Of a DNA stretch of 64,000 nt, positions 26,280 to 38,734 are shown in pieces. A model generated the notes under the pieces. That model did not search any database, had not been told where the DNA came from, and saw only the letters and a list, made by a program, of their open reading frames with translations. Positions within the stretch are counted from its first letter, which is position 1. Each line of letters starts with the position of its first letter. The stretch is from Nitrospinales bacterium (GTDB taxonomy: Bacteria; Nitrospinota; Nitrospinia; Nitrospinales; JAJDAT01): NCBI GenBank assembly GCA_046757665.1, contig JBHHYO010000003.1:24146-88145 (forward strand), written 5' to 3'. The position numbers were made by a program, and so were the translations under genes.

Positions 26280-28205
26280 ATGCTAGGTATGCCCGCGAAA
26301 AAGTTTTCCGCCATGCTCATCCTTGCCGGCCTGGCGTTTCTGGGGTACTTGGGAACCCTGCACTCTCCGTTCCTATATGATGACGCACACGCCATTGTTC
26401 ATAATCCCCACATTCAGGAACTGGAGAAGTTTCAGGAAACCGTCGGCATCGGCAACATTCTCAACCGCTCCTTCGTGTTGCTGACCTATGCGTTGAATCG
26501 GGAACTCGGCAGGCTGGACGTTTTCGGTTATCATTTGTTCAATCTGGCGCTTCACGTTTTCGTGGGTATCGTTCTGTTCTTCCTGACCGCGGAACTACTG
26601 CGCCTGGAACCGCCCGAACGCCGAGGCCGATTACAAAACCTGCCGCTCCTGGTTTCGGTCATCCACGTGTTCAACCCCATGGCCGTGGAATCGGTCACCT
26701 ATCTTTCCAGCCGGTCTTCTCTTCTGGCAACCTTGTTTTTCCTGTTGTCGTTTTATTATTGGGTACGTTTTTTGGGGCCGGATGCCGAAGTCCGGCTCTC
26801 GAAAGAAAATTTTTACTGTCTGCTCCTGATCGGCGGATTTTTTTTCCTGGGTTGCGCCAGCAAGGAAACCATCGTCACCATGCCTCTCATGGGCGTTGTG
26901 TATCTTTGGCTCAAATCTCCGGGCTTGCCAACCGGCAAGAGCCGGACCGCCGGGATATTTATTCTGCTACCCCTTGTTCTCTATCTCGCCTACCGGACGG
27001 CCATGACAGGGAATCCTTTCGCCCTCCCCGCTGACTCGTCTTCCCATACCATGGACAGAGTCCTTTACCTTTTTACCCAGGCCGGGGTCATGGTTTTCTA
27101 TTACGGATTGAAGTTACTGCTACCGGTCAACCTGAATTTTGAACCGGACTTGAAAATGGTTTCAGGAGCGGCGGACCCGGTGTTTCTGGCGGCGGTTGGT
27201 GTCATTCTGCTGATTGGCTGGTACGGTTGGCGTCAGGAATCCCGCCTGGTTCGGTTTGCCCTGATCTGGATGTTAGTGACCGTTTTGCCGACCTCGAGTT
27301 TTATTCCCCTCAAACAGTTGGCGGCCGAGCACCGCGCCTACCTCCCCGGCCTCGGTCTCAATATCCTGGTCGGCGTCTGGTTTTTAAACTGCGCCCACCG
27401 GACTTCCTGGATAAAACCTTTGGCGCTCTGCTTTCTTGTGTTGATGTCTACCCTGACCGTTTTCCGGGGACTGGATTACCGGACGGCGGTCTCACTTTGG
27501 CGGGACACCGCAAAAAAATCTCCCGGAAAAGCGCTGGTGCATAATAACCTCGCCACTGTCTTGATCGACGAAAATTTATATGACCGGGCGTCGAAGGCCA
27601 TTGAAACCGCGTTGAGTCTGGACCCCCAATTCACCCTGGCTCTTAACAACCAGGGTCATATGTATTTCAAAATGGGCCGATTTGAGCAAGCTCGGGAAGT
27701 ATTCGACAAACTCATATTTTTTGGCGCTCAAGATGCGAACACCTATTACAACGCCGGGATGGCCCGCGTACGGCTGGGTCAAACCAGGGAAGCCCTCCCC
27801 TTTTTCCAAAAAGCCGTGGCAATCGACCCCGATTCCGCCGCCTTTCGATTTAGCTTGGGGAATGCCTATAAAAAAGAAAAACTCTACGACCGGGCTCTGA
27901 AAGAATTCAAGCTGGCCTTGAAATACCAGCCGAATTATCCCGACGCCATTAATAACATCGGAGTGATCTTTTGGGAGCTAAAATCTTTTGAATTGGCGGC
28001 GGCGGAGTTTCGACGAGTTCTCGCCATTCAAAAAAACCATATGGGAGCTACTAAAAACCTGGCGTCGGTCTATATGTTGCTGGGAAAATACCGGGAAGCC
28101 ATTCCCTATATTAGGCGCTCTATCGCCCATGACCCGGAAGATGCCAATGCCAGGGGTTTGCTTCATATCGCGGAAACCTTGCAACACGAGGAACCGCCCG
28201 GTTGA
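26280..28205 (+). CDS. Second TMTC-like GT-C glycosyltransferase with TPRs
   Basis: FLYDD, YHLFNLALH, ESVTYLSSR, SKET, EHRAYLP, then TPRs. Confidence 0.8.
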   Translation: MLGMPAKKFSAMLILAGLAFLGYLGTLHSPFLYDDAHAIVHNPHIQELEKFQETVGIGNILNRSFVLLTYALNRELGRLDVFGYHLFNLALHVFVGIVLFFLTAELLRLEPPERRGRLQNLPLLVSVIHVFNPMAVESVTYLSSRSSLLATLFFLLSFYYWVRFLGPDAEVRLSKENFYCLLLIGGFFFLGCASKETIVTMPLMGVVYLWLKSPGLPTGKSRTAGIFILLPLVLYLAYRTAMTGNPFALPADSSSHTMDRVLYLFTQAGVMVFYYGLKLLLPVNLNFEPDLKMVSGAADPVFLAAVGVILLIGWYGWRQESRLVRFALIWMLVTVLPTSSFIPLKQLAAEHRAYLPGLGLNILVGVWFLNCAHRTSWIKPLALCFLVLMSTLTVFRGLDYRTAVSLWRDTAKKSPGKALVHNNLATVLIDENLYDRASKAIETALSLDPQFTLALNNQGHMYFKMGRFEQAREVFDKLIFFGAQDANTYYNAGMARVRLGQTREALPFFQKAVAIDPDSAAFRFSLGNAYKKEKLYDRALKEFKLALKYQPNYPDAINNIGVIFWELKSFELAAAEFRRVLAIQKNHMGATKNLASVYMLLGKYREAIPYIRRSIAHDPEDANARGLLHIAETLQHEEPPG

Positions 28206-28244
28206 AAAGCGATAGAAGATTGTGATAGTTTTGGTGGCAAACAT

Positions 28245-28328
28245 GCCGAAGTGGTGAAACTGGTAGACGCGCTGGACTCAAAATCCAGTGGGGGCAACCC
28301 CGTGTCGGTTCGACTCCGACCTTCGGCA
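28245..28328 (+). tRNA. tRNA-Leu(CAA); CCA not encoded
   Basis: GCCGAAG/CTTCGGC acceptor stem, CTGGA-CTCAAAA-TCCAG anticodon arm, long variable arm, GGTTCGACTCC T-arm. Confidence 0.96.
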
Positions 28329-28338
28329 CTTTTCAAAG

Positions 28339-28497
28339 AGAGCTTTGCATAAGTCGAGATTCCTCGGCATCCCTGGAGTCATCGCGAGCCGCGACAAGCG
28401 GCGTGGCGATCCAGCCGGGCCACGCCCGGGGCGCTTTTCTGGATTGCTTCGCCTCCGCGCAATGACAATCAACCAAGGATATTTATGCAAAGGTTCC
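28339..28497 (-). mobile_element. MITE-like element with imperfect terminal inverted repeats, directly after tRNA-Leu
   Basis: Ends GAGCTTTGCATAAGT / ATTTATGCAAAGGTTC; the internal palindromic core is the inverted copy of 6578-6670 and 30884-30966. Confidence 0.7.
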
Positions 28498-28617
28498 TTC
28501 CCGCGGGCGTTGCCCGCCCCTGTCATGGTGAGCCAGTCGAACCATGACACCCATTGCGCTTTTCGATGTTTGATTGCAGTCAAAAGTTCAGCCCACTTCC
28601 CGCGGGCGTTGCCCGCC
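28497..28617 (+). repeat. Exact 22-bp direct repeats enclosing a TGTCATGGT..ACCATGACA hairpin
   Basis: CTTCCCGCGGGCGTTGCCCGCC at 28497-28518 and 28596-28617; a variant copy at 4439-4460. Confidence 0.8.
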
Positions 28618-28871
28618 TCCGGTCTCCGTTTTTTGTCCCTCATATATAGCGCCAGGTGCAGGTATGCGGTTGCAATAGCCTTTTTGTTCCGGCGGGTTGA
28701 CGAGGCATAGGGGGGAGGTATCGGCCCGGATTTTGATATGCCGTCCGCCTTTTGCCGCTTTATTTTTTCGCGGTTTTGGGCTATTTTGATGTTCACGGCG
28801 GCATTTGCCGGTCACGAGCCGTGATGCGCCTTGCGTATTCACAAAATTTTCAACGAGATCCGTCACGAGTC

Positions 28872-30890
28872 ATGAACCATTCCGCACCCGCGAAAACCCG
28901 CAACCCGGAGCCGTCCGCCGATCCCCTTGCCATCAGCGAGGCGGCAGGCCGCGGTCCGAACGCGGAAGCGCTGGACCGCGCCATCGACCGGTCGCGCCGC
29001 TTTCTGCTTTCCCAACAGGATGAGGACGGATTCTGGGTTGACGAACTGGAGGCCAACGCCACCATTACCGCGGAGCTGGTGTTTCTCATGCACTTCACGG
29101 ACCGGGTGGACCTGGAAAAGCAGAAAAAATGCGTCCGCTACCTTCTTCATCAACAGCGGGCCGACGGCAGTTGGGCGCTTTTCCATGGCGGCGCGGGCAA
29201 CGTCAGCACCACCGTCGAAGCCTACATGGCCTTGAAAATCGCCGGCAAGCCTCCGGACCGGCCCGAAATGGCCCGGGCGCGAGAGTTCATTCTGGCCAGC
29301 GGCGGCATCAAAAAAACCCGCGTCTTCACGAAAATCTTCCTCGCCATGTTCGGACAGATTTCCTGGAAATGGCTCCCCGCCATGCCGGTGGAGTTCACCC
29401 TGTTGCCGAACTGGTTTTTCATCAACATTTATGAAATGTCGAGCTGGTCACGGGGCGTCATCGTTCCCCTGCTCGTGGTTTACGCGCACCAGCCCGTGCA
29501 CCGCCTCGAGGACGACCGGGGCGTCCGGGAACTGTTTACGGAAAACGACCGCGACCTGTCGATCCCCTACAGCGGCACGGGGCTTTCGTGGCGCAACTTT
29601 TTTGTTTTTCTCGATGGCGTCATCAAGTTTCTCGGCAAATCGCCCTGGAAACCACTGCGCCGCCGGGCGCTGAAAAAAGCCGAGCAATGGGTGCTGGACC
29701 ACCAGGAGGAACAGGGCGATTGGGCGGGCATCCAGCCGGCCATGTTCAACGCCGTCCTGGCCCTGCACTACCTCGGCTATCCCAAGGACCATCCCGCCCT
29801 CGTCAAGGGTTTCGAGGCCATCGACCGGTTCATCATCGACAAGGGCGACCACCTGGTGATGCAATCGTGCATTTCGCCGCTGTGGGACACCGCCATCGCC
29901 TGCAACGCGCTGATGGACGCCGGTTTGCCCGCCGATCACCCGGCGCTGGTCAAATCGGGTCAATGGATGTTCAGCAAGCAGGTGGTCAAGCCGGGCGACT
30001 GGAAAATCAAAAACCCGCATACCGAACCCGGCGGCTGGGCGTTTGAGTTTTTCAACGAGTGTTACCCGGACACCGACGACACCGCCGAAATACTGATGGC
30101 CCTGCACCGCATCGAGAATCGGGATACGCGCTTCAAGTTAAGGGAGTTTCAGCGGGCCTTGACCTGGCTACTCAGTATGCAAAGCAAAAACGGCGGCTGG
30201 GGGGCCTTCGACCAGGACAACGATCTGGAACTTTTAAACAAGATTCCCTTCGCCGACCATGGCGCCATGCTCGACCCGCCAACGGCGGACGTGACCGGGC
30301 GCATCCTCTGGTTGCTGGGAATCCTGGGTTACAAAAAGGAACATCCGCAAGTCCGGCGAGCTATCGCCTTTGTCAAGCGCAACCAGGAAGCCGACGGCAG
30401 TTGGTACGGCCGGTGGGGCGTCAACTATGTTTATGGAACCTTCCTCGCGCTGACGGGACTGCGCTCGATCGGCGAGGCCATGGACCAGGCTTTCGTCCGC
30501 AAGGCGGTTGACTGGCTCGAGGCGCACCAGAATGAAGACGGCGGCTGGGGGGAAACCTGCGACACCTACGAAGACCCCAGCCTGCGCGGCGCCGGCGCAA
30601 GCACCGCCTCGCAGACCGCCTGGGCCGTCATGGGACTGCTGACCGCCGGGCAAGCCAACGGCGAACCGGCGCGCCGCGGCGTCGAATACCTGATCGCCCG
30701 GCAAAACGAGGCCGGCACCTGGTGGGAAGACCAGTTCACCGGCACCGGCTTTCCGGTCCACTTCTTCATCAAATACCACATGTACCAGCACTATTTCCCG
30801 CTGATGGCCCTGGCCCGCTACCGCGCCGCCATTCGCGACGGCGCCGTCGAACCGAGAAAAAAACCACACGACGAAAAAAAGTCTGTTTGA
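28872..30890 (+). CDS. shc: Squalene-hopene cyclase
   Basis: YPDTDDTAE (DxDD), QW repeats (QNEDGGWGE, QEADGSWYGRWG), TGTGFP. Confidence 0.96.
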   Translation: MNHSAPAKTRNPEPSADPLAISEAAGRGPNAEALDRAIDRSRRFLLSQQDEDGFWVDELEANATITAELVFLMHFTDRVDLEKQKKCVRYLLHQQRADGSWALFHGGAGNVSTTVEAYMALKIAGKPPDRPEMARAREFILASGGIKKTRVFTKIFLAMFGQISWKWLPAMPVEFTLLPNWFFINIYEMSSWSRGVIVPLLVVYAHQPVHRLEDDRGVRELFTENDRDLSIPYSGTGLSWRNFFVFLDGVIKFLGKSPWKPLRRRALKKAEQWVLDHQEEQGDWAGIQPAMFNAVLALHYLGYPKDHPALVKGFEAIDRFIIDKGDHLVMQSCISPLWDTAIACNALMDAGLPADHPALVKSGQWMFSKQVVKPGDWKIKNPHTEPGGWAFEFFNECYPDTDDTAEILMALHRIENRDTRFKLREFQRALTWLLSMQSKNGGWGAFDQDNDLELLNKIPFADHGAMLDPPTADVTGRILWLLGILGYKKEHPQVRRAIAFVKRNQEADGSWYGRWGVNYVYGTFLALTGLRSIGEAMDQAFVRKAVDWLEAHQNEDGGWGETCDTYEDPSLRGAGASTASQTAWAVMGLLTAGQANGEPARRGVEYLIARQNEAGTWWEDQFTGTGFPVHFFIKYHMYQHYFPLMALARYRAAIRDGAVEPRKKPHDEKKSV

Positions 30891-31007
30891 TTGTCATTGC
30901 GAGGCGGCAACCGAAGCAATCCAGAAAGGATCATTCCCACCGGGCGTGGCCCGGCTGGATCGCCGCGACACCGGAGCGGTAAAGTTTCGGGTTAGGCAAA
31001 GGTCTCT
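30884..31007 (+). repeat. Third copy of the MITE-like element; overlaps the shc stop codon
   Basis: Core nearly identical to 6578-6666; right end GTTAGGCAAAGGTCTCT. Confidence 0.85.
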
Positions 31008-31008
31008 T

Positions 31009-31563
31009 TTAGAAGTGGCGCAACATTTCCACGGCGAACCGGGTGCGGTTCAGCGGTTCCGTGGCCGACGCGATGACCTCGCCGGTCGCAATATCCACCA
31101 TGACCAGCTGGACGTCCAAGTTGGTGCCCAGGTCGGTGATCTTGCCGTTGACCAGGGCTTGCGCCTTGAGGGCTTCGCCGATTTCCCGGGTTTCCTCCTT
31201 GGCGTAAAACAGCGCTGGTTGCAGGTCGAGCCGAGTCAACACCTCCTGCACCTCGCCTTTTTGCGCGACGCGGAACGACTGGTCATGCGTTATTTCCTCC
31301 ACCAGCCGCTGGGCGAAATAACTGCCCAGGATCGGCGTCCGGTCCTTTTCGTCCACCAGGTCGATCACCGCCACCTTGTTGATCTCGTATTCCTCCACTT
31401 TCCCGGCGAGTTTTTTCACCAGAATGCGCGCCCGGTTGCGGTAGTATTCCGAGTCGCTTTCCGACTTGAAAACATTTTTCACCAAGTTGGAAGGCGCCAT
31501 GTAAACCTCACAGGCGGAAAGAAAAATGAAGGCGGTCAGGGCGAAAAGAAATTTGGTTTTCAT
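31009..31563 (-). CDS. FlgO/CsgG-like outer-membrane lipoprotein
   Basis: Lipobox FLSAC; KVAVIDLVD...LGSYFAQRLVEEI...IGEALKAQALVNGKITD...VDIATGEVIASA. Confidence 0.7.
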   Translation of the reverse strand: MKTKFLFALTAFIFLSACEVYMAPSNLVKNVFKSESDSEYYRNRARILVKKLAGKVEEYEINKVAVIDLVDEKDRTPILGSYFAQRLVEEITHDQSFRVAQKGEVQEVLTRLDLQPALFYAKEETREIGEALKAQALVNGKITDLGTNLDVQLVMVDIATGEVIASATEPLNRTRFAVEMLRHF

Positions 31564-31623
31564 AAGGGTCCCGGTTGTTCGTTGGCTGAATTGAGATGCA
31601 CGTTTCATGTCGAATCTGATTAA

Positions 31624-31700
31624 TGCAAAACAAATGCCAAAGACCAGCCCGCAATCGCCCCTAGCCCAATCATCATAACTTATTGTAAAATAATGTGTTA
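31624..31700 (-). promoter_or_regulatory. Sigma54 (-24/-12) promoter with an upstream IHF-like site
   Basis: Minus strand TTGGCATTTGTTTTGCA (GG-N10-GC) at 31640-31624; AT-rich TAACTTATTGTAAAATAATGTGTTA at 31676-31700. Confidence 0.7.
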
Positions 31701-31834
31701 TTTTTTAGTTCGAGAAGAGGCTCCGGGATGCCGATGGCGGTTTTTTCCGCATCGCCCTGCAAATTTCTCCCTAAAGCCAAAAGTTTGACGAGCGGCACGG
31801 GCGATTGATGGGGACAGTGGAGCGCAGTTGCGGG

Positions 31835-34242
<2,408 letters not shown>

Positions 34243-34243
<1 letters not shown>

Positions 34244-35490
34244 CAGCTGGCCTGTTTTTGTTTGGTGAAGAGCAGGATCGGTTTTTCGCTGTGCAAAATC
34301 ACTTCCTCGGTAATCACCACTTCGGCGATATCCTGGCGCGAGGGCAGTTCGTACATGGTTTCCAGCATGGCCTCCTCGAGGATGGAGCGCAGACCGCGGG
34401 CTCCCGTTTTGCGCTCGTAGGCCTGCTCGGCAATGGCCCGCATCGCGCCGTCGGTGAATTTCAGCTTGACCTGCTCAAATTCAAACATTTTCTGGAATTG
34501 CTTGATGAGAGCGTTTTTCGGTTTGCTCAACACCTCAATCAAGGCTTCCACGTTCAGCTCGTTCAAAGTGGCGACAACCGAGAACCGGCCGACGAATTCC
34601 GGGATCAAACCATATTTCAACAAATCCTCGGCCTGAACTTTCACCAGGGTTTCGCCGATGTTTTTCCGGTCGCGCGCCTTGATTTCCTGGCCGAATCCCA
34701 TGGATTTTTTACCGATCCGGTTGCGGATGATCCGCTCCAGGTCCACGAACGCGCCGCCGCAGATGAAGAGAATATTGGTGGTATTGACCTGCAAAAACTC
34801 CTGATGGGGGTGCTTGCGGCCGCCCTGCGGAGGAACGCTGGCGTTGGTTCCCTCGATGATTTTCAGCAGGGCCTGCTGTACGCCTTCACCGGAAACGTCC
34901 CGCGTGATGGAGGGGTTCTCGGATTTGCGGCTGATCTTGTCGATCTCGTCAATATAAATGATGCCGCGCTCGGCCTTTTCGACGTCGTAGTCGGCGTTCT
35001 GCAACAATTTCAGGATGATGTTCTCCACATCCTCGCCGACGTAGCCCGCCTCCGTCAGCGTTGTGGCATCGACGATGGTGAAGGGAACGTCAAGAATCTT
35101 CGCCAGGGTCTGCGCCATCAAGGTTTTGCCGGAACCGGTGGGGCCAATCAGCAAGACGTTGCTCTTTTGCAGTTCCACATCCTCCAGATCGATTCCCGAA
35201 TCGATCCGCTTGTAATGGTTGTGCACGGCTACGGAGAGAATTTTTTTGCACCGTTCCTGGCCGATGACATACTGGTCCAGGTGTTTGTAAATATCCTTGG
35301 GTTTGGGAAGATGCTTGAAATCCTCCTTTTTCTCCTGGGCCCATTCCTCGATCATCACCTCATTGCAGAGTTCGATGCACTCGTCGCAAATATAGACCGT
35401 AGGTCCGGCTATCAGCTTTTTGACTTCCTCCTGGCTTTTGCCGCAAAAGGAACATCGATAGTTCCCCGAACCGGCGCTTTTTTTTGCCAT
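34243..35490 (-). CDS. clpX: ClpX ATPase
   Basis: CSFCGK zinc finger, [18 protein letters not shown]. Confidence 0.98.
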
Positions 35491-35570
35491 TTATGCCCCC
35501 CAAGCCATGTTGAAAAATGGTTTCATGGTATTAACAATTCCTGCCGCTTGTCGATCAGTCAAAGGACTCT

Positions 35571-36200
35571 TCAATTTTTTTCGGACTTTGCCGACGGCGT
35601 TTCGTCCCTGCGGGCGATCACGTTATCGATGAGGCCGTATTTCTTTGCCTCCTCGCCGGTCATGTAGTTATCGCGTTCCGTATCCGTGTGGATTTTTTTC
35701 GGGTCCCGCCCGGTATGCTTGGCAAGAATGGTATCGAGCGCGTTACGCACCTTGGAAATCTCCTTGGCCTGAATCTCGATATCGGAATGCTGGCCCTGAA
35801 AACCTCCGGAAGGCTGATGGATCATGATCCGGGAATTGGGCAGGGCAAAACGTTTGCCCTTGGCTCCCGCCGCCAGAAGCAAGGCGCCCATGCTCGCCGC
35901 CTGGCCGATACAAATGGTTTGCAAGTCCGGCTTGATATACTGCATCGTATCATAAATCGCCAACCCCGAGCTGACGTTGCCGCCCGGACTGTTGATATAA
36001 ATGAAAATATCCTGCTCCGGTTCGTCCGATTCCAGAAACAGGAGTTGAGCAATAATCAGATTGGAAATGTGATCATCAATGGCGGTCCCCACAAAGATAA
36101 TCCGGTCTTTAAGCAAACGTGAGTAAATGTCATAAGAACGCTCCCCCCGGCTGGTCTGCTCGACCACCATGGGGATTAATTGGTTGTAAGTATTGCTCAT
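35571..36200 (-). CDS. clpP: ClpP protease
   Basis: [27 protein letters not shown]. Confidence 0.98.
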   Translation of the reverse strand: MSNTYNQLIPMVVEQTSRGERSYDIYSRLLKDRIIFVGTAIDDHISNLIIAQLLFLESDEPEQDIFIYINSPGGNVSSGLAIYDTMQYIKPDLQTICIGQAASMGALLLAAGAKGKRFALPNSRIMIHQPSGGFQGQHSDIEIQAKEISKVRNALDTILAKHTGRDPKKIHTDTERDNYMTGEEAKKYGLIDNVIARRDETPSAKSEKN

Positions 36201-36339
36201 AGGCCTCTCGTGTTGGGGTGTCTGGGGGAAAAATGCTTCGGGCGGCGAACGCCGTCCCGGGAAACCGGCGGAATCCGCGGAATCACTTTTACGGCTAACT
36301 CTTTAAAAATCAACTTAATCAATGGGTTTGACCTCTCAT

Positions 36340-37674
36340 TTAATTATCGGCAATTACCTTTTCCCTGTCAACCATTTCTTCCTTGATCTTGATTTTCTCC
36401 ATCAGGCGGTCCAAGGTTTTTTCACGAATCATGCGGGTTCGCAGGCGGGCCACGGTGCCGTTTTTCTGCCAGTCCCTCTGGGTTTTTTTCGGGGTGTTGG
36501 CGCCGATGACTTTGAGAAAACTTTTGATTTCCCGGTTGAGTTCGTTTTCGCCGACTTCGATGCCGAGGTCTTCGGTGAGTTTGCCGATAATGATTTCCTG
36601 TTGCAGGATTTTGATGGCCGCCTCACGGTGGGCGCTCTCGTCTTCAGCGGAAACCGGCAAGGCTTTTCCGGGCGTCCGGCCCGATTCGCTCTCCGCGCCC
36701 GAACGGCTTTTGGCACGCTCCGCCATGAAGCGGATCTGCTCCTGCACCAGGGTTTCCGGCACGTCAATGGGATTCATTTCCGTCAGGGTTTCGGCGAGCC
36801 GTTTTTTCACCAGTTTTTTGGCGGCCTTGTGCTCTTCCTCTTCCAGCAGGTCACGGATTTTGGTTCGCATCGCCGCCAGGTCCGCGAATTTCCTTTCCGG
36901 GTCGGCGGTGCGGGCAAACTCGTCGTCCAACTCGGGCAACTGCTTTTCTTGTATTCCCTTTAGCGTCACCTGGAAATCCAGCGTTTTGCCGGCGATTTCC
37001 CGGCCGGGATAATCGTCCGGCGCTTTAATCCGGATGTCCCGGGTTTCGCCGATGTTCATGCCGACGAGCTGTTCCTCAAACCCTTCAATGAACCGCTTCG
37101 CCCCCACTTGCAGGATATGCTCCTTGCCTTCCCCGCCGGCAAAAGGCTTGCCGTCCATCGTACCCTTGAAATCGATTTTGACAAAATCCCGGTCCCGGAC
37201 CGGCCGGTCCGTCACCGGAACGCTTTTGGCGGCACGGTTTCTGTAATGCTCGATCACTTTCTCCACGTCCTCGTCCGTCACCCGCGCAATTTTCATTTCC
37301 ATTTCAATGCCGGCGTAATCCTTGATCGCGATTTCAGGAAAAACTTCCACCATGGCGGAAACCCGGATATCCGTGCCCTCCTCGGCCTGCACGTCGATAT
37401 CGGCGGGCAACCCGGCGGCATTGATCCCCTTCTCCTCAATGGCGGCATGAAGGCTTTCGGAAATCAACTGGCTCAAGACCTCCTTCCTGGCATCCGGCCC
37501 CACCATTTTTTCGATGATGGATTTGGGAACCTTGCCCTTGCGGAAACCGGGAATTTTCGCCTGGTTCCCAACCCGCATCAGATAGGCATCGACTTTTTGC
37601 CGATAGACCTGATGGGGGATTTGCAGGGTCAGCTTCTTGGTGCAGGAATCAATGTCTTCGATTTCTATTTTCAT
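36340..37674 (-). CDS. tig: Trigger factor
   Basis: IPGFRKGKVP, FKBP domain (FIEGFEEQL), LPELDDEFA; canonical tRNA-Leu-tig-clpP-clpX-lon order. Confidence 0.95.
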   Translation of the reverse strand: MKIEIEDIDSCTKKLTLQIPHQVYRQKVDAYLMRVGNQAKIPGFRKGKVPKSIIEKMVGPDARKEVLSQLISESLHAAIEEKGINAAGLPADIDVQAEEGTDIRVSAMVEVFPEIAIKDYAGIEMEMKIARVTDEDVEKVIEHYRNRAAKSVPVTDRPVRDRDFVKIDFKGTMDGKPFAGGEGKEHILQVGAKRFIEGFEEQLVGMNIGETRDIRIKAPDDYPGREIAGKTLDFQVTLKGIQEKQLPELDDEFARTADPERKFADLAAMRTKIRDLLEEEEHKAAKKLVKKRLAETLTEMNPIDVPETLVQEQIRFMAERAKSRSGAESESGRTPGKALPVSAEDESAHREAAIKILQQEIIIGKLTEDLGIEVGENELNREIKSFLKVIGANTPKKTQRDWQKNGTVARLRTRMIREKTLDRLMEKIKIKEEMVDREKVIADN

Positions 37675-37693
37675 ATCCGATGGTTCGGCGGTA

Positions 37694-37773
37694 TGCGAGA
37701 GGGGGGATTCGAACCCCCACGGTTGCCCACTGGATCCTAAATCCAGCGCGTCTGCCAGTTCCGCCACCCTCGC
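37694..37773 (-). tRNA. tRNA-Leu(TAG); CCA not encoded
   Basis: Minus strand GCGAGGGTGGCGGAACTGGCAGACGCGCTGGATTTAGGATCCAG...GGTTCGAATCCCCCCTCTCGCA. Confidence 0.96.
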
Positions 37774-37924
37774 TGGTTAACGGCTTGCGCCCCAAGCCGG
37801 CAAAAATTTATTTTTCCATCTTTTGCGGCGATTGTCAATTTTACCGCCGCCGCCGAAATCCGGGAAAAGGCCGCGGCCCAACGGCAACCATCCGCAAACG
37901 TTCTCCAGCGATAACCGGTGTCTT

Positions 37925-38734
37925 TTACCTGTCTCGAGCTTTGATTTTCCTTTTCGTCGGGGCGAGGAAGGAGTCGGGCCGGTAAAACCCCTTGGACAGG
38001 GTGGTGTTGGGATAAATCCAGCTGTGCTTGCCCACCAGGGTGCCGGGACATGTAACGGTATTGCAACCCAGTTCCACATAGTCTCCCAGAACGGCGCCCA
38101 GTTTTTCCATCCCGGCGCTCATTTCCTCCCCGGACAATTGCAAGGTGATGGGATGAATGAACTCCTGATCCTTTTCCTCCGCCGTGCGGAATTGCAGATT
38201 GGCCAGGCGCGACCCGGCGCCCAGGTTCACGTAGCTTCCGAGTATGCTGTCGCCGATATAATTGAAATGGCCGGCTTCGGTGTGGTTCATCATGATGGTG
38301 TTTTTGAGTTCGGTGGCGTGGCCGATGACGCAACGGTCTCCCACCAGGGCGTTGCCGCGAATGTAGGCCCCCTGGCGGATTTCGCAGTTTTTGCCGATGA
38401 CCGCCGGCCCCTTGATGATCGCCGTCGGTTCCAAAATCGTCCCTTCATCCAGGAAAATGCCGAGCTTTTCGAAATACACCGGCGCAACGGTCTGCGTCCA
38501 GTCGTTGATGAGAAGACAAGACTCCCGGTATCGGCCTTGCCGCGCGGAAAATTCCTTCTGCGTCGTACCCTCCAGAACACCGGCCCGGTTTTCCCCGCCG
38601 GAGATTTCGGACAAAATTTTATCAAGCGCCTCGGCAAGGCATTTCAAGGGGTCCCAGATGAATTCGATATCCTCGAATATCTCCTTGTGAGCGAAATCAT
38701 CCAGATGGTCGAAGTATGTGTCCTGGTTATTCAT
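37925..38734 (-). CDS. Stand-alone left-handed beta-helix (GlmU C-terminal-like) sugar-1-phosphate acetyltransferase
   Basis: IKGPAVIGKNCEIRQGAYIRG, GHATELKN, HFNYIGDSILG, NLGAG, KLGAVLGD; no nucleotidyltransferase domain. Confidence 0.8.
   Translation of the reverse strand: MNNQDTYFDHLDDFAHKEIFEDIEFIWDPLKCLAEALDKILSEISGGENRAGVLEGTTQKEFSARQGRYRESCLLINDWTQTVAPVYFEKLGIFLDEGTILEPTAIIKGPAVIGKNCEIRQGAYIRGNALVGDRCVIGHATELKNTIMMNHTEAGHFNYIGDSILGSYVNLGAGSRLANLQFRTAEEKDQEFIHPITLQLSGEEMSAGMEKLGAVLGDYVELGCNTVTCPGTLVGKHSWIYPNTTLSKGFYRPDSFLAPTKRKIKARDR

Noticed and set aside
28497-28617. 22-bp direct repeats as a mini-CRISPR
   Set aside because: Only two units, the 77-bp spacer is itself repeat-derived, and there are no cas genes.
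28245-28870. tRNA-Leu as an integration site of a prophage or island
   Set aside because: No integrase and no duplicated tRNA 3' end in the window; only small repeats follow.
36340-37767. tig N-terminal extension MAELADALDLGSSG...
   Set aside because: This is tRNA-Leu(TAG) translated; tig starts at 37674.
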